Assembly (NCBI GenBank): GCA_963782055.1
Contig: CAWAIF010000003.1
Coordinates: 2,880,001 to 2,944,000 of the forward strand
DNA length: 64,000 bases
DNA from: an uncultured delta proteobacterium
GTDB lineage: Bacteria > Myxococcota_A > Polyangia > Polyangiales > Polyangiaceae
Direction: 5' to 3'
The position numbers were made by a program, and so were the translations under genes. The stretch's first letter is position 1, and every line of letters starts with the position of its first letter. The notes under the pieces are model-generated. The model did no database searches and was not told where the DNA came from. It saw only the letters and a program-made list of their open reading frames with translations. Positions 54,956 through 64,000 of this stretch are shown piece after piece.

Positions 54956-56040
54956 TGTACGCGTTCGAGGACATCGGCGCCGATCTCCCCCGGCCGCCGC
55001 TCGCCGCGCGCCGCGCCTTGCTCTGCGCGGGCGTCGCCCTCCCGCTCGAGACGTGGCAGTCGCTTCCGATCGAGGTGCGTCAGCGCATCGTGCAGGAGGG
55101 CACGCACGAGAAGGTGGACGAGGCGACGGTGAAGAACGCCGTCTCGCCGGTGCTCAAGCGCGTGCGCTTCATGGGGAAGGTGAAGGACCCGCCCCTCGAG
55201 GAGGTGCCGGTCGCCGTCGCCGACGCCCTGCGCAGCTTCCGGCCCGTGAGCGCCGAGGAGTGGCGGCGCCTGCGGCCGCTGGACCGCTACACGCTCGTCG
55301 CGCTGGCCGCCAACAGCCGCCTGCTCTGGCGGGCAGTCGAGGAGATGGCGGGGGGCCAGGGCACCGCGCTCTCCTCCGTGAAGCTGCAGCCCTGGGTCGG
55401 CCAGCTCGCGAGCTGCAAGGTGCACATGTCCGCCGGCGCGCTCGGAGAGCTCTCGGCGGGTCTGCTCATGTCGGGCAAGGCGATGGTGCTCGCCCGCACC
55501 TCCGGCGTGCGTCTCGCCCGCCGCGCCCACGAGATCATCGATGGCTACGCCGAGAAGTACGCCGGCCCGGTGGAGCTGGACTCGCGCATCGATTTCAGCG
55601 AGGGCACATGCGTCTGGCAGGGCCACGTGAGCACGGTGGACGGTGAGTTCTTTTCGCCGGCCTCGCTGCTCGCGGTCGCCGCCGCCGCCGTCGCGGTGCG
55701 CGACGCCGTCGCCACACGCGACCCGAAGGCGACCATCACCGACGTGGCGATCCGCGAGGAGGCCTGGTCCGTCGGCAGCTCGGCGTTCGGGGAGGAGGCG
55801 ACCGTGAACATCGACGCGAAGGCCTACCTCGCGGCGAGAGGCATCGTGCCGGAGGTCCCGCAGCCGGCGCCGGTCTCGCTGGGCGCGCCGCCGCCGTCGT
55901 CCTCGACGCCGGGGCTCGTCGCGGCCCCTGCCCCGCGGTCCGGTGTTCCGGTGTGGGTCGTGGTGCTCCTGCTCATCACCACCCTTGCCGCCCTGGGCGC
56001 CGCGGTGGCGGTGCTGATCATGCACCACCCCCTGCGCTGA
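54952..56040 (+). CDS. Nitrate-reductase-associated-like domain fused to degenerate MoaC-like domain, C-terminal TM anchor
   Basis: FE...P.AARRAL..AG..L....W..L and WRRLRPLDRYTL; LARTSGVRLARRAHEII resembles MoaC ARIAGIMAAKRT.ELI; Pro-rich linker then TM. Confidence 0.65.
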   Translation: MMYAFEDIGADLPRPPLAARRALLCAGVALPLETWQSLPIEVRQRIVQEGTHEKVDEATVKNAVSPVLKRVRFMGKVKDPPLEEVPVAVADALRSFRPVSAEEWRRLRPLDRYTLVALAANSRLLWRAVEEMAGGQGTALSSVKLQPWVGQLASCKVHMSAGALGELSAGLLMSGKAMVLARTSGVRLARRAHEIIDGYAEKYAGPVELDSRIDFSEGTCVWQGHVSTVDGEFFSPASLLAVAAAAVAVRDAVATRDPKATITDVAIREEAWSVGSSAFGEEATVNIDAKAYLAARGIVPEVPQPAPVSLGAPPPSSSTPGLVAAPAPRSGVPVWVVVLLLITTLAALGAAVAVLIMHHPLR

Positions 56041-56055
56041 GCGCCGCCACGGCGG

Positions 56056-56075
56056 ATCGCCAGCATGCTCGCGAT
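56056..56075. repeat. Dispersed 20-bp palindrome, copy 6
   Basis: ATCGCCAGCATGCTCGCGAT, followed by GGG. Confidence 0.75.
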
Positions 56076-56128
56076 GGGACGGCTGGCGCGTGGGTAGACT
56101 TTCCCGAGGGCGTGGTCATACTGGAGCC

Positions 56129-56422
56129 ATGGCCTCTCCCGGTGGCGGGTTGGATCGCGTGGTGGGCGTGCTCGGCGCAGCCGATGCCGTCGCGCACTTC
56201 GCGCTCTTCTGGTTCTTCGTCTGGCGCGTCGTGTCCGGCTCCGCGTTCGACAAGGTGCTCGCGGTGCTCTGGGCGGCCCTCGCCTTCGGCGGGCTGGTGC
56301 TCGGCGTCGTGGGGCGCGCGCTCATCAAGTACGGCCACATCGGGAAGGCGAAACGCTGGGGCACCTACGCCGTCGGCGGGTCCACCGCGCTCGCCGGCGT
56401 GCTGCTCGTCGTCGCCGCGTGA
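56129..56422 (+). CDS. Small membrane protein (about 3 TM)
   Basis: Three hydrophobic segments; CATACT 6 nt before ATG. Confidence 0.65.
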   Translation: MASPGGGLDRVVGVLGAADAVAHFALFWFFVWRVVSGSAFDKVLAVLWAALAFGGLVLGVVGRALIKYGHIGKAKRWGTYAVGGSTALAGVLLVVAA

Positions 56423-56495
56423 GTTTGCGTACGCTCGGCGACGCGGGCGCTTCTCGCGCGGAGTGAGAGCGCCGGGAGCTGCTAGAGTCCCGCGC

Positions 56496-57908
56496 GTGAC
56501 GGATCTCATCGTGTGCTACGCGGAGCGGCCGCTCACCGGGAGCGTGCCGGTGCCCTCGGACAAGAGCATCGGCCACCGGGCGCTGCTGCTCGGCGCCCTC
56601 TGTCATGGCAAGAGCCGCATCCGCGGGTTCGCCGGCGGCGGGGACAACCGCTCCACCGCCGCCGCGCTCACCGCGATGGGCGTGGCCATCGAGGAGTCGG
56701 GGGAGGGGCGCGCCCGCGAGCTGGTGCTCACCGGCGCGGGCCTGTTCGGACTGCGCGCCCCCACCGCGCCGCTCGACTGCGGCAACTCCGGCACCACCAT
56801 GCGCCTTTTGTGCGGCGTGGTCGCGCCCCAGCCCTTCGAGTCGGTGCTGGTGGGCGACGCCTCCCTCTCTGCGCGCCCGATGATGCGCGTCGTCGGTCCG
56901 CTTCGCGCCCGGGGTGCACGCATCGACGGCGCGCCGCACCCGACACGCCGCGTCCCTTCCGCTGCGGCGAGCGGCGCGCCCGGCGAGCCGGACATCACCG
57001 CCCCGCTGGTCTGCCACGGCCTGCCCGAGGGCGAGTACCTCGGGCCCATCGAGCACACGATGAAGGTCGCCAGCGCGCAGGTGAAGAGCGCCCTGCTGCT
57101 GTCGGGGCTCTACGCGCACGGGACCACCTACGTGCGCGAGCCCACGGTCTCGCGCGACCACACCGAGCGCCTCCTGCTGGCGCTGGGCGTGCCGCTGCGC
57201 GCCTTCGGGCCACTCGTCGAGCTGGACCCGGCGGGGTGGAGCGGGCAGATGCCCGCCTTCGACGTCGAGCTCCCGGGCGATCTCTCCGCCGCCGCCTTCC
57301 TGCTCGTCGCCGCGCACATGGTGCCGGGCTCGCGCATCACGGTCCGGCGCGTCGGCACCAACCCCACACGCACCGGCGCCCTCGAGGTCGCGCGGGACAT
57401 GGGCGCGGGCCTGCGCGTCGAGCCCGGCGGGGAGACGGGCGGCGAGCCGGTGGGCGACCTCCACGCCTTCTACGCGGAGCTGCGCGGGGGCAAGGTCGGC
57501 GGTGAGCTGGTGGCCCGCTCCATCGACGAGATCCCCGCGCTCTGCGCGCTGGCGGCGCGCGCCCACGGCGAGACCCTCATCATCGACGCCGCCGAGCTGC
57601 GCGTGAAGGAGACCGATCGCATCGCGGCGATGGTCGAGGTGCTGCGCGCCTTCGGGGTCGAGTGCGAGGAGCGGCCGGACGGCATGGTCGTGCGGGGGCG
57701 AGATGGCCCGCTGACTCCCGCCCGCGTGAGGAGCCGCGGCGACCACCGCATCGCGATGACGGCCGCCGTCCTCGCGCTGGCCGCCGGCGGGCCGGGGGCC
57801 GAGAGCCGGATCGAGGACGTCGACTGCATCGCGACGAGCTTCCCCCGCTTCGTGGGGACGCTGCGTGCCCTGGGTGCGGACGTGCGCGCGGATGTGGGCG
57901 CGATTTGA
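56496..57908 (+). CDS. aroA: 3-phosphoshikimate 1-carboxyvinyltransferase (class II EPSP synthase)
   Basis: PSDKSIGHR, DCGNSGTTMRL, SAQVKSA, RDHTER, NPTR, ELRVKETDRI, DHRIAM, SFP. Confidence 0.97.
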   Translation: MTDLIVCYAERPLTGSVPVPSDKSIGHRALLLGALCHGKSRIRGFAGGGDNRSTAAALTAMGVAIEESGEGRARELVLTGAGLFGLRAPTAPLDCGNSGTTMRLLCGVVAPQPFESVLVGDASLSARPMMRVVGPLRARGARIDGAPHPTRRVPSAAASGAPGEPDITAPLVCHGLPEGEYLGPIEHTMKVASAQVKSALLLSGLYAHGTTYVREPTVSRDHTERLLLALGVPLRAFGPLVELDPAGWSGQMPAFDVELPGDLSAAAFLLVAAHMVPGSRITVRRVGTNPTRTGALEVARDMGAGLRVEPGGETGGEPVGDLHAFYAELRGGKVGGELVARSIDEIPALCALAARAHGETLIIDAAELRVKETDRIAAMVEVLRAFGVECEERPDGMVVRGRDGPLTPARVRSRGDHRIAMTAAVLALAAGGPGAESRIEDVDCIATSFPRFVGTLRALGADVRADVGAI

Positions 57909-58014
57909 GTGGCGCAACACGAAATCGCTCTCGACGGGCGATTGGCCCTGATATGGATCGTATGTTGGCCGTTCATTGTAATGAGCCAGCGCTTTCGCGG
58001 AGGTCTGCTCGAAC

Positions 58015-58872
58015 ATGACTTCGGATAGAGGCAGGAGAACCGTGCGCCCGGGGCGCTCCAGCCACCGGCCCCCGGCGTCCACGCGCTCTGGTCGCGTCTC
58101 GTCGCCTCCGGCGCGCACGTCGGTCAGGCCTTCGCTGCTGCCCATCGAGGAGGCCGCGGCCCAGAAGCAGCTCACCGTCGTCTACCAGCCGATCGTCGAT
58201 CTGGTGACCGGCAAGCCCTTCGCCTACGAGGCGCTGGTGCGCAGCCGCGTGCCCACCTTCCCCGACCCGCCGAGCATCATCAAGGCGGCCATCGAGGGCA
58301 AGGTCGCCGGGAAGATCGGCCGCGCCATCCGCGAGCTCGCGGCGGAGGGCTGCCCGGACGCGCCGCTCTTCCTCAACATCCACCCCAACGAGCTGGACGA
58401 CTCCTGGCTCGTGCGTCCGGACGATCCCATCTTCTCGCACGACCACCCGATCTACCTGGAGATCACCGAGTCGGTGCCGCTCACGCATTTCCGCTTCTGC
58501 CAGGGCGTGCTCTCGGAGGTGCGCGGGCGCGGTGCCTATCTCGCGGTGGACGACCTCGGCGCGGGCTACTCCAACCTCAAGTACATCGCCGACCTCAACC
58601 CGGAGATCGTCAAGATCGACCGGGAGCTCGTCGCCGGCATCCGCAGCGGGACGCGCCTCTTCAAGCTGGTGCAGGCCATCGTGCGGCTGTGCAACGACAT
58701 GGGGGCGAAGGTGGTGGTGGAGGGCATCGAGACCTACGAGGAGTTCGCGGCGGCGCAGGACGCGGGCGCGCAGTTCGGCCAGGGCTACTACCTGGCGCGG
58801 CCCTCCAACCCGCGGCCCTCCTACGACTGGAAGCGCATCTCCATGGTCCCGCTCGTGGGTGGCAGTCCGTAG
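58015..58872 (+). CDS. Stand-alone EAL-domain c-di-GMP phosphodiesterase
   Basis: VYQPIV, YEALVR, FLNI, LEITE, DDLGAGYSNL, VKID, VEGIE, QGYY. Confidence 0.92.
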   Translation: MTSDRGRRTVRPGRSSHRPPASTRSGRVSSPPARTSVRPSLLPIEEAAAQKQLTVVYQPIVDLVTGKPFAYEALVRSRVPTFPDPPSIIKAAIEGKVAGKIGRAIRELAAEGCPDAPLFLNIHPNELDDSWLVRPDDPIFSHDHPIYLEITESVPLTHFRFCQGVLSEVRGRGAYLAVDDLGAGYSNLKYIADLNPEIVKIDRELVAGIRSGTRLFKLVQAIVRLCNDMGAKVVVEGIETYEEFAAAQDAGAQFGQGYYLARPSNPRPSYDWKRISMVPLVGGSP

Positions 58873-58963
58873 AGCTGCGCCTCACCACGGCGTGTCCCGG
58901 TGCAAGTGGGCTGGCGGGCCGAGGCGTGTTGGTTTCCGCCCCAGGACTTGCTAGACGAGGCCC

Positions 58964-59650
58964 ATGCGCAGCCGCCCGGTCGTGGCGATCGATGGCCCCG
59001 CGGGGGCGGGCAAGAGCACGGTCGCGCGGCAGCTCGCCGCGGCGCTGGACTTCGTCCTGCTCGACACCGGCGCGCTCTACCGGGTCGTCGCCCTCGCCGC
59101 GAAGCGCGCGGGGCTGGCCTTCGACGGCGGCCCGCCGGTGGGGGAGATCGCCCGGGACATCGTCCGGCGTGGCGGGCTCGTCCTCAAGCGCGACGCGGAG
59201 CTGGGGATGCGCGTCTACCTGGACGCCGAGGACGTCTCGGAGGCCATTCGCACCCCCGAGATGGGGATGGGGGCCAGCACCGTCTCCGCCAACCCCGAGG
59301 TGCGGGCGGCGCTGCTCGACCTGCAGCGCCAGGCGGGGGCCGAGGGCGGTGTGGTGCTGGAGGGCCGGGACATCGGTACGGTTGTCTTCCCCGACGCGGA
59401 GGCGAAGTTCTTTCTCACCGCCCGCCCCGAGGTGAGGGCTCGCCGCCGGTGGGAGGAGCTCCGCGCGAAGGGGCAGGACGTGACGCTGGAGCAGACGCTG
59501 GCGGAGGTGGTGCGGCGGGACGCGCAGGACACCGGCCGGGCGGTCGCCCCCCTGCGGCAGGCGGAGGACGCGCTGGTGGTCGACTCCTCCAGCGTGGGCG
59601 TCAGCGAGGTGGTGGCGCGGATGGTGGAGCGCGTCCGGTCGCTGACCTAG
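58964..59650 (+). CDS. cmk: Cytidylate kinase
   Basis: AIDGPAGAGKST, LDTGALYR, EGRDIGTVVFPDA, RRDAQD, PLRQA. Confidence 0.97.
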   Translation: MRSRPVVAIDGPAGAGKSTVARQLAAALDFVLLDTGALYRVVALAAKRAGLAFDGGPPVGEIARDIVRRGGLVLKRDAELGMRVYLDAEDVSEAIRTPEMGMGASTVSANPEVRAALLDLQRQAGAEGGVVLEGRDIGTVVFPDAEAKFFLTARPEVRARRRWEELRAKGQDVTLEQTLAEVVRRDAQDTGRAVAPLRQAEDALVVDSSSVGVSEVVARMVERVRSLT

Positions 59651-59707
59651 CCTCCGGGCGGGCGGCAGGGTGGGGGCAGCCCCCCACGACCGGGCGCCGA
59701 GCGTCGG

Positions 59708-59727
59708 ACTGCGAGCGTGCTAGCAAT
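59708..59727. repeat. Dispersed 20-bp palindrome, copy 7
   Basis: ACTGCGAGCGTGCTAGCAAT, preceded by CGTCGG (as in the 44.25/52.2 kb elements) and followed by GGG. Confidence 0.7.
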
Positions 59728-59806
59728 GGGGCGCGCGGGGCCCGCGGGGGCGGAGGACACTGCGCATCGGTGCAGGCGGGGGCGGCCCGCGGCTTGCCTT
59801 TGGCCT

Positions 59807-59835
59807 TTGACAGGGAGGGCGTCGTGGCGTACACA
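59807..59835 (+). promoter_or_regulatory. Sigma70-type promoter of rpsA
   Basis: TTGACA-17 nt-TACACA, about 130 nt leader before rpsA. Confidence 0.55.
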
Positions 59836-59972
59836 CCCTGCTCCCGCGCGGCCAAAAGGCGCTCATTTGCCTGCGGCCGTGGGACGAGATCCAACCCCAA
59901 CCCGCGCACCGCGCCCCTCGGCACGGACGCGGCAACGTCGGGCATCGCCCGAGAAGAGCAGACGAAAACTTC

Positions 59973-61814
<1,842 letters not shown>

Positions 61815-61997
61815 GCCTCCCGCCTTCCTCCGACTCGCGCTCGGGTGCCCGGCCGCGGCGACATCTCACACGGGATGTCGTTCGCGGCCGTCGCACTTCC
61901 ATGTGGTCACGCGCGTGCCCGTCGTGGCGGAGGCGGGCGGGGCCCGTCGAAGGGCCCCCCTTATCCTCCCTCGCCGATTCCTCTACAGTGCGCTGGC

Positions 61998-62510
61998 ATG
62001 AGCACGCCGCTCTGGGCGCCCTGGCGGATGGACTACATCCTCGGCAAGAGGGCGGACACCTGCATCTTCTGTGACTTCCCCGCGAGGGACGTGTCGCACC
62101 GCCGGGAGGACCTGGTGCTCGCGGTGCAGCCGCACGGCTTCGTGTGCCTCAACCGGTACCCGTTCACCGCCTCGCACCTGCTCGTCGTGCCGCGACGGCA
62201 CGCGACCGACCTCGGCGATCTCGGGGAGGAGGAGGCCACGGCGTTCTTCGCGCTCCTGCGCGCGACGGTCGCACGGGCGCGCGCGGCGGTGATGCCCGAC
62301 GGCGTGAACGTGGGGATGAACCTGGGCAAGGCGGCGGGCGCGGGCATCGCCGATCACATGCACGCCCACGTCGTGCCGCGCTGGGCGGGCGACACCAACT
62401 TCATGCCGGTCATCGCCGACGTGCGGGTGATGCCGGAGTATCTCCACGAGTCCTACGATCGTCTCCTCCCGCACTTCGCCGACCTGGATCGCGGCGGGGG
62501 CGGCGCGTGA
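61998..62510 (+). CDS. HIT-family hydrolase (Ap4A phosphorylase-like)
   Basis: LWAPWRMDYI, CIFC, LNRYPF, NLGKAAGAGIADHMHAHVVPRWAGDTNFM. Confidence 0.92.
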   Translation: MSTPLWAPWRMDYILGKRADTCIFCDFPARDVSHRREDLVLAVQPHGFVCLNRYPFTASHLLVVPRRHATDLGDLGEEEATAFFALLRATVARARAAVMPDGVNVGMNLGKAAGAGIADHMHAHVVPRWAGDTNFMPVIADVRVMPEYLHESYDRLLPHFADLDRGGGGA

Positions 62511-63808
62511 CCCGGCCGCGGGCGGAGCTCATGCCGGGCAGGTGGCGCAAGCCCGTACTGCTCGGGCTGGTGGCGGCCGTGTTGCTGGTGGTCATCGTGG
62601 TGGCGCGGCGGGTGATGACACCCTTCGTGCTGGCGCTCGTGCTCGCGTACGTGCTGACGCCCGCCGTGTCCCTGGCGGAGGCCCGGCTGCGGCTGCCCCG
62701 CGCGCTGGCGATCATCGTGGTGTACGTGGTCGTCCTGGGCTCCCTCTACGGCTTCGTGCGCCTCACCGCGCCGCGCGTCGGCCAGGAGCTGGGCAACCTG
62801 GCGCGCGAGCTGCGTCACGACGCGCAGGTCGCCAAGGACAGCTGGATCCCGGCGATCGAGGACAGGCTCAACAGCTGGGGCCTGTCCACCTCCTCCGACC
62901 CCGCGCCGCCGGAGAAGGCGGAGCCGATCGTGATCACCCCGCGGCCGGACGGCTCGTACGCCGTGGACCTCGGCGACGGCATCGCGGTGCGCCCGAAGGG
63001 CGACGCCGGGTGGGTGATCGTCCCGCACGAGCCGCCCGACCAGCGCATCGATCTCAACCGGATGGCGGACCAGGCCATCGGCCGCACCGCGGCGTACGTG
63101 CGCAGCAACGCGGTGGACCTGCTCAAGTACGGCGGCAACCTCGTGGCGGCCGCGGCGCGCACGGTCTTCGTCTTCGGCATCACGCTGATGCTCGCCGCCT
63201 ACCTGATCCTCACCCGCGAGAAGATCCTCGCCTTCTTCGGCTCGCTCGTCCGCCCGAGCTCGCGCGCGAGCTTCGACGCGCTGGTGGCGCGCATCGACGA
63301 GGGCCTCTCCGGCGTGGTGCGCGGGCAGCTCATCATCTGCCTCATCAACGGCGGCCTCTCCGCGGTGGGGTTCGCCTTGCTCGGGCTGAAGTACTGGCCG
63401 GTGCTCGCCCTCATCGCGACCGTCCTCTCCCTCATCCCCATCTTCGGCGTGATCGTGAGCTCGGTGCCGGCGGTGGCCATCGGGCTCACGCAGTCCATCG
63501 GCACCGGCTTTCTGGTGCTGGCGTGGATCGTGGTCGTCCACCAGATAGAAGCCAACCTGCTCAACCCGAAGATCATGGGCGACGCGGCGAAGCTCCACCC
63601 GGTGCTCGTCATCTTCTCCCTCATCGTGGGCGAGCACCTCTTCGGCGCGCTCGGCGCGTTGCTGGCCGTGCCGGCGATGTCGGTGGCGCAGAGCTTCTTC
63701 TTGCACCTGATCGAGATCGTCCGGCGCGAGGAGCACCGCGAGGACGCGACGGACTCGAAGGACGAGCCGGACGCGAAGGACGAGGAGAAGGGCGAGGCGC
63801 CTGCCTGA
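62507..63808 (+). CDS. AI-2E family transporter
   Basis: PFVLALVLAYVLTP, VRGQLIIC, LIPIFG, QIEANLLNPKIMG, LHPV, GALLAVP. Confidence 0.92.
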   Translation: MTRPRAELMPGRWRKPVLLGLVAAVLLVVIVVARRVMTPFVLALVLAYVLTPAVSLAEARLRLPRALAIIVVYVVVLGSLYGFVRLTAPRVGQELGNLARELRHDAQVAKDSWIPAIEDRLNSWGLSTSSDPAPPEKAEPIVITPRPDGSYAVDLGDGIAVRPKGDAGWVIVPHEPPDQRIDLNRMADQAIGRTAAYVRSNAVDLLKYGGNLVAAAARTVFVFGITLMLAAYLILTREKILAFFGSLVRPSSRASFDALVARIDEGLSGVVRGQLIICLINGGLSAVGFALLGLKYWPVLALIATVLSLIPIFGVIVSSVPAVAIGLTQSIGTGFLVLAWIVVVHQIEANLLNPKIMGDAAKLHPVLVIFSLIVGEHLFGALGALLAVPAMSVAQSFFLHLIEIVRREEHREDATDSKDEPDAKDEEKGEAPA

Positions 63809-64000
63809 GGTCCGGCCGGAGGCCGGCCGACCGCCCGAAGGGCGCGATGACATAGGTCCGGCCGCAGGCCGGCCGACCGCCCGAAGGGCGCGATGACATA
63901 GGTCCGGCCGGAGGCCGGCCGACCGCCCGAAGGGCGCGATGACATAGGTCCGGCCGGAGGCCGGCCGACCGCCCGAAGGGCGCGATGACATAGGTCCGGC
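63808..64000. repeat. Head-to-tail 46-bp tandem repeat array (4 full copies + partial, continues past window edge)
   Basis: Unit AGGTCCGGCCGGAGGCCGGCCGACCGCCCGAAGGGCGCGATGACAT at 63808, 63854, 63900, 63946, 63992; no spacers. Confidence 0.95.

Noticed and set aside
57940..57985. Sigma54 promoter upstream of the EAL gene
   Set aside because: TGGCCGTTCATTGTA has wrong GG-to-GC spacing and lacks the -12 GC.
63808..64000. CRISPR array
   Set aside because: Units are contiguous with no unique spacers and there are no cas genes in the window; kept as a tandem repeat.

Overview
Very GC-rich bacterial chromosome segment. Gene content and style point to Myxococcota, probably Polyangiales/Sorangiineae (inference): many lipoproteins, Ser/Thr kinases, giant TPR proteins, kelch/FG-GAP/PGRS-like surface proteins. 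Housekeeping blocks are the 3' end of a nuoG-nuoH-nuoI cluster, lptA-lptB, smc and pheA...aroA-(EAL)-cmk-rpsA. The SOS mutagenesis cassette is split: imuA-imuB (-) and dnaE2 (+) diverge around larE, a fatty acid desaturase and an SSUH2-like zinc-finger gene, and each half has its own CTG-N10-CAG LexA-type box overlapping its -10. Main observations: (1) a 20-bp palindrome, AnYGCnAGCATGCTnGCRnT, occurs 7 times, always intergenic; (2) a 46-bp tandem repeat array with C-GNA-G hairpins runs off the right edge; (3) a lower-GC islet encodes a kelch + HEXXH metalloprotease (frameshifted here) coupled to a non-catalytic FGE/C-lectin-fold lipoprotein; (4) a ~1800-aa protein combines an EAD/death-like domain, pseudokinase, TPRs and a pseudo-M48 domain; (5) -10 hexamers sit 6-10 nt before many start codons, suggesting leaderless mRNAs; (6) several enzymes look degenerate (MoaC-like fusion, PheA, NFACT). 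I saw no rRNA, tRNA, transposase, integrase or CRISPR-Cas genes. All calls come from manual motif reading; no searches were run.
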